Below, piece by piece: positions 30,467-42,475 of a stretch of DNA of 64,000 nucleotides. The position numbers were made by a program, and so were the translations under genes. Position 1 is the first letter of the stretch, and the number at the start of each line of letters is the position of its first letter. Below the pieces are notes generated by a model that was not told the DNA's origin, searched no databases, and was given only the letters and a program-made list of their open reading frames with translations. Source of the DNA: Naegleria gruberi (taxonomy: Eukaryota); assembly GCA_000004985.1 (NCBI GenBank), contig GG738914.1, one strand, 5' to 3'.

Positions 30467-31906
30467 TTATTTGAAAATTTGAACTCGATGATTACAAAAA
30501 TCAGCAACGTATAATTCTCCTGAGAATTCGTTTAAACAGAGAGAGAAGGGTTTGAAGAATTGATCCATTCTCCTACCTGCGCTACCGAAAATTTGAACCA
30601 CATCACCTGTTGTGTTGTTCAAGGATACAATACGGTTATTGTCTTGATCACAAACAATAATGTTGTTTCTGACCTTATCAATGACAATACTTCTTGGATG
30701 ATTGAATGAAGAGGAATATCCACTAATAATTCCAAAAGTTTGAATAGAGGTCCAATTTCCACTATCATTCTTGACCAATGTTTGTAAACGATGTCCATCA
30801 ACTTCACAAACAATCACCTCTCCACGAGCATTCAAATCAATACTCCAAGGTCCCTTGAAAAAAATGGAATCAACCTCTGGGGTTTCTCCAATGCTTTCCA
30901 ATAAATTACCATTACTAGTTCTCAAAATTTGTACTCTATTATTGTTACAATCACAAACATAGAGAATTCTCTCAAAATTGTTCTCCTTATTTCCATTCGA
31001 GCAAACCATACCACTTGGTAAATTGAATTGGTTTGGACTCTTTCCCTTAGAGTTTGGTGTACCAGCTCTCCAAATAAAGTCGCACTTTTGGCCATTCTTT
31101 GAGCATGCTATAAGTTTTTCCAAATCATACTTGTAAATACAATGGTCGTTGCAACTAATAATGAGAGCATCATTCTTCTTTCCATCAAAATTTGGTTCAA
31201 TGCACAAATGTTTAGCTGGTAGATTAATGGTAGTTCTATATCTCCATCCTGTTGTAAAAACTTGTATTCTATTATTTCCCATATCCAATACGAGAATTGT
31301 TGAGCTATTGTAAGAGATGGCAATATCGCAAGGACAATAGAACATGTCATTTGTTTTTCCACTAGCTCTTGTTTTACCAATACTATTCTCAATTGAAAAT
31401 TCCAATGAAAATGGTTTCAATACAGTTCCTCTCATCTTTTCCTTGAGCGCGTTGTAGAATGGATTGATAATTGAGGCATCCAATGTGAGAGTTACAGCTT
31501 CCTCCTCTTCAGCAATAGATACAGGTTCTATTGGTCTAACGAGTCTAACAGTTACATTCTTGGCAATTTCCTTATTTTGTCTCAAGTAATTAATAAAGTC
31601 ACGACTGGAAATTGGATAAGAAGGAGGTGCAGAACGAGAGCTCTGACGAGTGGCCACAGTTGTCACATTTTGCATGATCGGTCTGGTATTGCTTCTCTTT
31701 CTCGAGGCACCACAACGTGAGCAGTGACCCTTCTGATCCATAGTAGAACTTGTACAGTGTTGTACATTTCCGTTTGTTTTGTTTCCAATACGTTCATGAT
31801 CATCTCCATTAACGACAATTGATGAATCAATAATTGTCAATGATGATGGTGATGGTGGCTCGTCTGCTGAGGCTGCTGATGGTGTCAATGTTGAGGCAGA
31901 AGTCAT
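30467..31906 (-). CDS. NHL-repeat (six-bladed propeller) protein with an upstream filamin/Ig-like region and a possible Cys/His zinc-binding segment. Additional 5' exons are possible.
   Basis: Repeats of the form ...LVLDMGNNRIQVF, LYVCDCNNNRVQIL, VIVCEVDGHRLQTL, IIVCDQDNNRIVSL and LYVADFCNHRVQIF. The first ATG is at 31906 (aaaataATGACT); the track extends to 31978 via a TTG. The TRIM-NHL-like architecture suggests missing upstream exons in 32000..32800. Confidence 0.55.
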   Translation of the reverse strand: MTSASTLTPSAASADEPPSPSSLTIIDSSIVVNGDDHERIGNKTNGNVQHCTSSTMDQKGHCSRCGASRKRSNTRPIMQNVTTVATRQSSRSAPPSYPISSRDFINYLRQNKEIAKNVTVRLVRPIEPVSIAEEEEAVTLTLDASIINPFYNALKEKMRGTVLKPFSLEFSIENSIGKTRASGKTNDMFYCPCDIAISYNSSTILVLDMGNNRIQVFTTGWRYRTTINLPAKHLCIEPNFDGKKNDALIISCNDHCIYKYDLEKLIACSKNGQKCDFIWRAGTPNSKGKSPNQFNLPSGMVCSNGNKENNFERILYVCDCNNNRVQILRTSNGNLLESIGETPEVDSIFFKGPWSIDLNARGEVIVCEVDGHRLQTLVKNDSGNWTSIQTFGIISGYSSSFNHPRSIVIDKVRNNIIVCDQDNNRIVSLNNTTGDVVQIFGSAGRRMDQFFKPFSLCLNEFSGELYVADFCNHRVQIFK

Positions 31907-32804
31907 TATTTTGATGAGTAATAATAGCACTGGCGTTACTAGTAGAATAATAATAATTATTTGGTTTTTCCTTTTCAATGTACAAATTAATTAGCAATTC
32001 AAAAGAAGCAAGTCTAAACAACAAGGCTTCAAAGCAAGAAATTAATTTCAAAGAGTTGTTATATTGTTGATGATTCAAGAGGAGTAACTTTTCCTGCATG
32101 CAATATCGGGTGTGTGTGATCGTCTATTCTATATAACAAGGCTTGTTTCTTCTTGTGATCCGACAAGGAAAAAGAACAAATTTTGTATGTTGATATACCT
32201 ATAGTATGAGCCTTCCGATCAAGAAAATATATATTTCTTTTTGTTAGAGTTGTTGGTGATGATTTGTATTTCTGAGGTTGACTACAATCAAGGGTGTTGT
32301 TTGATTTTTTAAAGATATTTTTAGAGAGGACACTATTGGGCCATTGAGACTATTTATGGTTACGTGCATGGATAGAATGTCAAATCACAGTAGTGTGGTG
32401 ATGGATTGAGAGGTTGTGTTACAAGCATGAAAAACTATTTCAAGACTTTCATGAAGTGTCATCAATCTTGTTTGATAGAAATAGGGTTTACAATTGAAAC
32501 TGGAAGAGGATTCGAAATGTATACAATAGATTTGATTAGATTTCAAAGATTTTATTGATTTGAAATGTGTTGTCAGCCGATGGGTCAGGTCCTCTCATTT
32601 TAATATGATTGTTTAAAACAATTAAGAAGCATACCTTGAAACAACTCGATTGTATAATTTTTTAAAAATATTTTATTAAGAGAATCTTATATCAACTCCT
32701 TATTCTCTATTAGAGAAACATCTTTTTATGCAATAACAATTATTGCATGCTCACGATATTTATATATTTAATATACAAATATATTTGTTGTTTTATTTTG
32801 TTGT

Positions 32805-34052
32805 CTATGGAGGTGGGACAATCGTATATAGTCTTTCGACTGCAGGGCAACCAGCATATGGTGTCTGTCTATAAAAAGTACCCAGTTCTTCATCCTCTTC
32901 TAATATTGTGGTAATAATCTTTACAATTCCTTTAATATCTTGCATAATCTTGTAAGTTAGCAGGAAGAATGTTAGTGGATAATCCTTCCATAATTTCAAA
33001 ACATTTTTTGGTATGGTCTTTTTAACCAGCTTGGCATAATTAAAGCCAATAGGTTGTGATGATGCAATGGATGCATTTTTGAGGTCGTCCTTAATCTTTT
33101 CCACGTTTGGGATTGGTGTTTCTTTTTTCAAGTATTCCAGTGTTACCGTCCAGCTACGGGTAAGACTATCAGTTTTTCTTGCCTTTTCTATGTATTCTGA
33201 TGATTTCTTATTTGAAGAGGATGATGTTGTTGGTGTTTCATTGAGTTGAGCAACATCTTCTTGCTGTTTGTTGGTTGATGTACTTAATGTCGAATTGGTT
33301 TGTTTAGATGAGGATGGTGATGATCTCTTCTCAGTCCTGAGTGCTTTTGATTTAGGGACAGCCACATCTACTGACTCAGTGTCAGACTGCGCTAATTCAG
33401 CGATTGCTTCAATGGCAGTAGACTTGGCTCTTCTTTTTGGAGGTGTTCTTTTGTTGCTAGAATTCTCATCTGGGGATTCATCGCTCGAAGAGGATGGTGT
33501 CTGAGCAGATGGCGATTCGCTGTTGATAGTGTTTCTGGATCTACTACTTGCTCTTGTTTTTCTCTTGTTTTTCTTTTCCTGAAAGAGAGAAGGGCTACCA
33601 TCATTATAGTCGGTTGGCATATCAACAGCACCATTTGTATCCAGTACACTTCGTTGATTGCTACTTTGGCTTGTTTGGTTTGTTAGTGTACCAATATTTG
33701 GTTGTTGGTTATTTGTCAGATGCGATGATATAAAACCACGAGTGGACGCATCCGTGATTTCAATCACACTTTCTTCTTCTTCTATTTTCGTTATTACTTT
33801 ACAATTTTCTCCCATTAAATTGAGGCACTTTTGCCAGTATTTGGCATCTGGATCTGGACTTATTCTGTTCTCTGTTAATTTAAATAAAAGCTTTCCGGTA
33901 TCTACACCAGCAAAAACTTTTTTAAAACTTGTGAGTGTCTCCTTGATGGTGGTATTATCATCGACTTTTTGCAGGGTCGTAAGTGTTTTCTTTAGAAAGA
34001 GTGTAATATTTGTGAGTGCTATTGCCTCCGAAGTATCATCATTATTTAGCAT
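32805..34052 (-). CDS. Hypothetical protein (415 aa) with a central S/T/K-rich disordered region.
   Basis: Single long ORF with no recognised domain. The start context is weak (tcaagcATGC). Confidence 0.45.
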   Translation of the reverse strand: MLNNDDTSEAIALTNITLFLKKTLTTLQKVDDNTTIKETLTSFKKVFAGVDTGKLLFKLTENRISPDPDAKYWQKCLNLMGENCKVITKIEEEESVIEITDASTRGFISSHLTNNQQPNIGTLTNQTSQSSNQRSVLDTNGAVDMPTDYNDGSPSLFQEKKNKRKTRASSRSRNTINSESPSAQTPSSSSDESPDENSSNKRTPPKRRAKSTAIEAIAELAQSDTESVDVAVPKSKALRTEKRSSPSSSKQTNSTLSTSTNKQQEDVAQLNETPTTSSSSNKKSSEYIEKARKTDSLTRSWTVTLEYLKKETPIPNVEKIKDDLKNASIASSQPIGFNYAKLVKKTIPKNVLKLWKDYPLTFFLLTYKIMQDIKGIVKIITTILEEDEELGTFYRQTPYAGCPAVERLYTIVPPP

Positions 34053-35186
34053 GCTTGATTATTATTGTTGTTGGTATTTTTTTTTAAACGAGCTTTGAGA
34101 GAAACAACACTTTTTGCGTCTTGGTTTTTTCGCTTATAAAGCTTGGTTTACAATGTGTTTTGTAACGCTGTTTAGTTTAGCAAACTCTGTTGTATAATCC
34201 GTATAGTGCCTTGACGTTTAGATGTTAAGGGTTTGTTACACAAATGATTAACTACTTGCTTGTTAACCAAATTTCTTTTGTTATTGACTGGTTGGCATAT
34301 ATTCTGTAAATTGATAATCTACCTCGAATACTTATGTACCCATAAAGAATTTACGAAATAATAAAAGTCAAGTAGCAATGTATTTGTAAATTGTATCATA
34401 TACATTTTCCCATTCAATAGTTTTTTGTAAGCATGTGATAAAAACCATTCACATGTTACGTATCTATGCCACATAAATAACCATTATTATGAATTGTTGG
34501 GTGTTTGTCGGGTGTATCCAATAGAAATCCATTATTTTTCCAAACTCCTCTTAACTGGTGAAATCTCAAAAGTTCGTTTGTTAAAACCGAAAAACTCTGG
34601 GAGCATAATACTTTTTGATTGGTTCCAAAGTACAATTCTAAAAATCATTAAAATAACTACTATTTCATTGATTTAATTCGGGATTGAACTTCTGTGCTAA
34701 AGCATGTATTATTGCTTTGATATTAAATTTGTTTGAATAATATCTTGTTTAAAATAGATCTCTGTAAATACTATTCTATATTTCTTCCGCTAGGATGTTG
34801 TTTGATGGTTGGTGCAACCGTTACATATGATGAACATTTTTTTATCAAAATAAAAAATACAATTTTTTGTAATTTTCGAACAACTTGTTAATGCAAGAAA
34901 ATGATATGTACAAAATCAGTAATATTTAACACTCTACAGTATTTCAATTTAAACAAAAGTATTCAAGACGGTTTTTATCCAAAAAAAGAAAAATGGCGTT
35001 CCTTCCACCGTAACGCACCTTTGCCTTCAATCAATTTTACTCGTGAGCTTGTTTTCATCATCTTCATATTGATAGATTAGAGAGAATCCTGCATCATGGA
35101 CTTTATTTCAACTAAGAATAACACACCAGTAAATATTCATTTCAATTCTCTTAGAAAAAAAGTGTCCGTACAACCTTTATTACAAG

Positions 35187-37452
35187 ATGATGAAAACAAG
35201 CTCCTACTCTCTGATGAAGAAGGCCTCTAACAAGGGAAGTAAAACTCTTGCAGCATTGGGTTCTTCTTCTTCATCGCCATCGGTTCTCTCTTGCTATAAT
35301 CATTCATGCTCGATATTGTCATCATCATCCACTAAACAATTATCATCAACAAGTTTATTTACTGGTGGTAATAATAATAACATTTGTAGAAGTTTTTCCA
35401 CCTCTTCTACTAATAGACAATCAATTTCATTAGATAACAATTCATCCTCATCATCATCTTCATCCAATAATAATAAGAAATCATCTTCGGTTTTTGTCAT
35501 GCTCCGAAACTTTCTCATCAAGGCTTTGAAAATCTATGGCAAGATACTTTTAGGACTTGGTGCCATTGTTTTAACAATGTATGGAGCACTTCGTGGATTC
35601 TTGGCCATTATTCACTTTGCACAATTTGATAATCCATCATCTCCTTATTATAACAAGGATTTGGCTGATAAATTGGAAGGTGCTGTTCAGATTGGTGAAG
35701 GATTGAATCGTTATATCAAATCACTCATGACAATTTATGCAATTGCTATCGATTACTTTTGGTTATTGATAACAGAACCATATAATCCTCATTATTGGTT
35801 TGTGGAAAAACCAGATAAGAATAGTGAAGAATTTATACAAAAGAAGAAGCAAGCTCACAAGAGAAATGCAGAAAGATTATTGGATTTATTTATTGAACAA
35901 AGAGGTGTCTATATCAAGATTGGGCAATTTTTGTCATCTTTGGTTTCTGCCATTCCTGATGAATATATTGATACATTGAAAGTTTTGAGAGATAGAGCAC
36001 CAACAATTCCATTTGATGATGTAAGAAAGGTCATTCATCAAGATTTTGGCAAGTCTATTGAGGAATTATTTGACGAATTCGATGAAAAACCAATTGCTGC
36101 AGCAAGGTTAGTTTAATTTCAATCAATTGTTTTTATTTAACTGCACCTTCAATTAATTTCAATTAACTTTGATTTAATCTTTGGAATTAACATTTTGGAA
36201 TTTCTGTTGATATACTTTTTAAACTTTGGATATTAAACTTGAAATCAACATATATAGTATTGCTCAAGTACATAGAGCTCGTACCAAGGATGGTAGATTA
36301 GTTGCCGTAAAGGTACAATACCCATTTGTTAGAAGTTATTTCGAAGGAGATATGAGAACCAACGATTCAATGAGTACTCTCAGTCTCAAACTCTACTACA
36401 TGCAAGAAGATGCTGAAAATATTGACACTCTAGTGGAAATGAATAACAAGTTCAATAGAGAATTGGAAAATGGTTTATATTCTGAATTGGACTTTAGACA
36501 TGAAGCATCTAATGCAAGACAAGCTGCTGACCATATGAAAGACCGTCCAGATGTCTACGTTCCAAAAATGTTTGACGAATTGACAAGCGAAAGAGTACTT
36601 ACTATGGAATTTATTGAAAATGCCTGTACTGCTAACAATGTAGAGCGTATCAAGGAAATGGGATTCAAGGAAGAGGATGTTGCTGAAAGAATTTTGTCTG
36701 CCTTTTCAGATCAATTATTTGTTCACGGTTTCATTCAAGCCGATCCTCATTCTTCAAATGTCTTTGTGAGACGTAATCCTTTGAAACCTTCCGAACCTCA
36801 ATTGGTCCTTTTGGATCACGGATTGTACAAGAAATTCGATGAGGATTTCAGAATTGGTTATGCCAAGTTTGTCAATTCTATTGTCCTAGGAGATGAAAAG
36901 GGAATGAAGGATTATTGTGAATCATTAGGTATTACAGATTACAAAATGTATGCCAGTATGATGATGATGCAAGCTTTTGATCAATTGGAAGGTGGAGAAG
37001 ATTATTCAGGAAAGAATTTTGAGGAATTCAATGATGTCGTCAAGGAACAATTTGAAGGAATTTTGGATATTTACAAGAAAATGCCAGCCGACATGTTATT
37101 CATCTCGAGAGCTGACAATATTTTGAGAGGACTCAATAAGGATTTAGGAGCTAAGGTCAATCGTTTTACTGTTATGGCTAGATCAGCCGCTAGGGGAATG
37201 AACATCAATTCCAAAACACCATCCGAAACTGGAATTTTCTCTCAAATGAATGAATGGAGGAGAAGAATGTACTTTGAATTAAGATTGTACATTCTTGCCG
37301 TTCACTCATGGTTTATCATGTTCTACATGAAACTCTTTGGCATGAATGCAGAAACAATGATGATCAAGAAGGAACACGACAAGATTGAAATGTTGGAAAA
37401 GGAAGTTGATTTATTGGAAACTCCTAAACATCTTGCATCTGAATTCAAGTAA
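35187..37452 (+). CDS. ABC1/ADCK (aarF-domain-containing, UbiB-family) atypical protein kinase. Two exons: 35187..36106 and 36258..37452.
   Basis: Exon 1 ends ...FDEKPIAAA + AG|GTTAGT. A 151-nt AT-rich intron ends tatatAG. Exon 2 (T ATT GCT CAA GTA CAT AGA GCT...) restores the family motif AAAS-IAQVHRA...KDGRLVAVKVQYP, followed by HGFIQADPHSSNVFV and the catalytic LLDHGLYK region. Frames agree (split codon AG+T gives Ser). Confidence 0.8.
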
Positions 37453-37531
37453 AATCATTATTTACAACCTCTAGAATTGCACTTTTTCACACAACCATCT
37501 CTTTTCACACTCAATTATCCAATCATAAAAA

Positions 37532-40500
37532 ATGTTCAACTTTCACAAGTATGCACTCGTCACTTCCCCTCCGAATCAACAGGAACAACAACAAACAATT
37601 CTATCCAACAACAAATTCCAACCACTTTTGACAGGAATTTCCTTCGGAGATATGCTTTTAATTCTAGAAACAGTTCCATGCACAAATGATCATCATCACG
37701 ACGATGACAATTCCTCTTCCTCACAGCAATCATCATCAATGAGTTATGTGCAACGAGTGAATATTCATGCCCTGCACAAGCACGGCTATAAACTCTATGA
37801 TCATCGTAATAGACCTCAGAAACCACAACTCTTCAGCACCTGTGGTTGGATCCCAACCAGTTATCTGACAACCATTCTGCCAGATCCATTGGTGTGTAGT
37901 CCCAATAAGAGTTTGGATCTGGGAAGGGCACTCGTTGATAGAGAAGAAGATATTGAACAAGCAGAGCAGTATCAGAAGGAGCATGGTATGAGGATGGATA
38001 ATTATGAGAGTTTCTGTAGGGATATGTATCGATTTGAGTGTTGGAATGATGTGGAGAAGGTCAGAGGAGGAGAATTGGATCGATTGGAGAAGGTTTCCAC
38101 ACAGCAATGTCATGTACATTGTTTGGAAGCTCCAAAATATGATGAGTTCAATATTGGTGTGGAAAGTTTTGAGAAGGAGAAGGAGGAGTGGAAGAAATTG
38201 GCGAGGGAAAAGTTTAAGGACTGTAGAGATGTATTCTTTGTGAAGAATTCGAAACATCCTGGATATTTGCATTGGCTCATTAGGAGTGCCTACATTTCAG
38301 AGACAATTATTAATGCTCTGAATGCCTTTGGAGATCGTCCTTGCTTGGGTTATCGTAGAAGAATTTCTGCAACTGAATTTGAAACTTTTCATAGATGGTT
38401 CACTTTCGAACAGTTGCATGAACGAGTGATGAGATTTGGTTTGGGTCTCTATCAATTTGAAAAGGAATTTTTAAATCAACCAAGACCATTTAGTCAAGAG
38501 GAAGGCAGAGGATTCGTTGGAATTTGTTCGAGCAATAGAGCCGATTGGTTTGTAGCTGATTGGGCCTCTCTCACTCAGAGTTTCATTTCTGTTGCATTGC
38601 CTCAAACCAAAGTCGATTGCATTAGTGAAGATATTGTGAATATGGAAAGTGTTGATGTTTTGAAAAGTATTTCACATGAAATTATTTGCATTATCAACAA
38701 TTCACAAATTCCATTATTGGTTTGCAGTCGTGATTTGACAGTCAAATTTTTGAAATTAATCAAACATGGATTGATTCCTTCTGTTAAGGTAATTGTTCAA
38801 ATGGAAGATTTCCTTGTAAAGAAGGAAGAATTTGATGAAACAAGTTATAAGAATGCAGGAGAGGAAGAATTGACCAAATATTTGAAAAATTTGAGAGCTG
38901 TTCATCAGGGAAAAGTGAAACAACATGCTAAGAAATTAACTTCTCAAGATGATTCCACGTCATCACCACTCTATTATCTCATGAAGAGTCGCTATAAGAA
39001 TTCAAATCTTAATATGAATGTTTCCATTGAGGAATTGTGTGATTTTAATAAGAGCGATGATGAATTTGTCATTCACAATTACATTTCTGAAAATGATATC
39101 AACTTGGATTGTAAGTCAATCATGTTAGCTAGAGAACTCTCGATAGAATTGACAGATATGACAAGTATCGAATTGAGTACTTGCAAGGACTATCCAACTT
39201 TTAACAATGCGCTCAGATTTAACATTAGAACTAATAATTCAGTGAACGACTTGACCACCATTGTCTATACTTCTGGATCGACTTCAACAGAACCTAAAGG
39301 AGCTGTCATGACCGATCGACAATATAATGAAAATGTACAAATGGAAATCTATCATTACCATCCACTAGTGTTCATTACCTATGCTCCATTGTCACACATT
39401 ACAGATAGAATGAACACTACAGCATGCATGGTAAATGGTGGAAGAAGTGGATTCAATTGTGGAGAGATGGATAAGGTATTTGATGATTATCAATCTATTC
39501 AACCAGTGACTGAGTCAAACACTCCAAGATTTTACAATATTCTTTATGCAGAATATCAAAGATTGAAAGTTTTGGAAGGTGATTCACTCACCCCTGAAAA
39601 GGAAGAAGAAATTATGCAAAAGGTCAGAAATATGCTTGGAGGAAGAATTAAATCCCTCGTGACAGGTGGTGCTTCAACTTCACCACAAGTAGTTGAATTT
39701 TTAAAGGAGTGTTTCAAATGTAATGTTTACAATGGGTATTCTTCAACAGAATGTGGATATATTGGACCAATTGGTGTTGATGGAGTTGACTATTTGAGTG
39801 AGAAAATTCAAGAGGAAAACAAACAACTTCCTAGACATATTATGAAATTGAAAGATGTGGAAATCAAATTGGAAAGCGTTCCAGAACTTGGCTATTTTAT
39901 AACTGATGTGCCATTTCCAAGAGGAGAAATTTGTGTCAAGAGCTCGACTATAATTTCAGGATATTACAGAGATACTGAAAAGACTAAACTTTCATTCGAT
40001 TCGGAAAATTATTTCCAAACAGCTGACATTGGTGAAATTGATAAGGAAAAGCTCAGATTGAGAATTATTGATAGAAAGAAGAATATTTTCAAATTGAGTC
40101 AGGGAGAATTCGTAGCTCCAGAAAATTTGGAAAATTTGTTCATTTCCAAAACATTATTTGTGGATCAAATTTACATTTACGGAAATTCTGAAAAATCCTT
40201 CCTTGTGGCTGTAATTGTTCCAAGGAATTTACCATTACTGAAAGAGAAAGCTAAGAGTATGGCTATAGAAAGAAATCAAATCTTTGAAGATTCGGATTTA
40301 TCGAGAAATGGTTTCATTTACAAGGTCATTCAAGATGATTTGAACAAGTGTGCAAGAGAAGCCAAATTGGAATCGTACGAAATTCCAAAAGGTTTCATTA
40401 TTGAGATGGAAATATTCACTCCAGAGAATGGTAAAATGACAGCATCTTACAAGCTTTGTAGACCAGCACTTGTAAAGTCTTACAAGGAAGATTTAGAGAA

Positions 40501-42062
40501 ATTGTATAAGGAAATTGAAGGAGAAGATATGTCCACTCTGGATCAAGTTTCCAATAAGGTTCAATTGGAGGAATTTTTGAAAAAACTATTCGAAAGTGGA
40601 GGAGTTGTCGATTCGTTGAGCTCTGTTCGATTATCCAACCTTCTGTCACAGAAATTCAATGTAAAACTTGGTGCAGATAAAATCTTACAAGAATGCAAGA
40701 ATAATGAAAATCCAGCACTTGCCATTATGGAAATGATTGAGAAGCTGCTGGAAAATGGACAAGCCCAAGATGAATTATTTAGAAATGATGAAGAGTTGTT
40801 GCGGGAAGTTAAAGATCTCATCAAGGATATTCCAATAGTTGACGAAACTCTTTCGAAAACTATCGAACTGAATAAGAATAGAAATATTTTAATCACTGGA
40901 TCAACTGGATTCATTGGAGTTGGATTGGTATGTGAGCAATTATTCAGCAATCCAGAATCCAATTTGACATGTATTATAAGAGGAAAATCATTGGATAATG
41001 AAAGGGAAAGATTAATCAGTAATGTAATGAATTATTGTTATCATTTTTCACCTGAAGAGAAGAAATCTCTATTGGAAACATTTAATAGTCGAGTTTCAGT
41101 AATTTTAGGAGATATTTCAATGAATAGATTTGGACTAGATCAAGATATTTATAACAAATTAGAAACCGATATTGATACAGTCATTCATTGTGCAGCCAAT
41201 GTCAACTTCATCATGAATTATACTCAACTTGAAGCACGTCAATGTTCAAAGTGTTATTGAATGTTTGAAATTATGTACCTCTCAAAGAATCAAACACTTG
41301 CACTTTGTTTCAACTATTAGTGTCATTCCATATTCAATGATTGATCAATATAAGGAGCTGAACAAGCTTGTCGCACAAGATTTCATTCCTCTTTCTCTTC
41401 AAAATTTCAATGACCTTTCAGATGGTTATCCACAATCCAAATACATTGCAGAGCATGCTCTCCGTTTAGCTATGGAACAATGCAACTTTAGTCAATTGAA
41501 AATTTACAGACCTGGACTCGTAGTTGGACATACCATGAATGGATTCAGCAGTGTGAGGGAATGGATTTGTAGATTGATATGTGGATTTGCTCATTTGGGT
41601 GAAATTCCAATTGAATATTCCAAACATGGCATGCAAGTTATTCCAGTCAATTGCTGCGCCAAAGGAATTATTGACCTCATCAATAATCAATCAAAATCCA
41701 ACACTACAATTCATCATTTAACCAATTGGAACAAACTCTACAGAACCATTGATAACATCCTGCTAGCCATGAAGAATTTAAATCTCACATGGAAATCCAT
41801 CCATTACAAAAATTGGATTGAAAATATTCACACACAAATGAATAATGGAAAAATGGAAAAGTTTCCACAAATGACAAAAGAAAATTCGATATTTGGAATT
41901 GTACACATGTTTCCACTCGAACATGACATGCTTAATATTGATTCGACAATGGAAGAGCAAATTTGCCAACACGATTTGAGTTATCTTTCGGATGAGAAAG
42001 TGGACGATAGAAAGTTAGTGGAAAGGGAAATTGAATTTCTAATTAGAAACAAACAGATCTAA
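37532..42062 (+). CDS. NRPS-like adenylation - thiolation (PCP) - thioester reductase enzyme of carboxylic-acid-reductase / Lys2 type. It has a ~250-aa N-terminal extension and an apparent +1 frameshift near 41237..41241.
   Basis: AMP-binding core motifs are present (TIVYTSGSTSTEPKGAVMT, YGYSSTECGYIG, GEICVKSSTIISGYY, DRKKNIFKLSQGEFVAPENLE). A carrier-protein motif (FESGGVVDSLSSVRL) and an R-domain Rossmann (ILITGSTGFIGVGL...VIHCAANVNF) follow. ORF 37532..41260 and ORF 41229..42062 (…NVQSVIECLKLCTS...HFVSTISV...YPQSKYIAE with the SDR YxxxK motif) overlap in different frames. The joined reading LEAR-NVQSVIECL requires removing 1 nt, and no intron is possible. Confidence 0.7.
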
Positions 42063-42475
42063 TGGTTATACAAAATGAAATTGGAATTGCTGTAGAAACT
42101 CAAATAAAGTTAGAACCAAATTCTAGACCTTTCAGATTTTTTATTCGAACAGATACGAAACCTTTCAAAAATCATTATTTAACATTCCAATCTTTTTCAA
42201 ACAATGCTTTACAATGCAACATTAGATCTCATGGATAATAATCATTTCACACCTCAAACAAGGAAAGTGAAAAGGTTGAAATTTGATTGATTTGACACTG
42301 GTCGCTTATTTCAAACCTCATTTGTGAATGTCAAGCTTTTAAATGGGTAATTACAAGGATTATAAGCAAACATGAATGGTTGGATTATCTAAACAGCTCC
42401 GCTCAACCACTATTCGAAACATTTTTCACACAAGGACAATAAATTATATTATTCGAAAGGTATCTTACTTAAAAA

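Noticed and set aside
31827-32099. ORF 31827..32099 as an upstream exon of the NHL gene 30467..31906.
   Set aside because: The translation is low-complexity with no similarity. Upstream exons remain possible but could not be supported from sequence alone.
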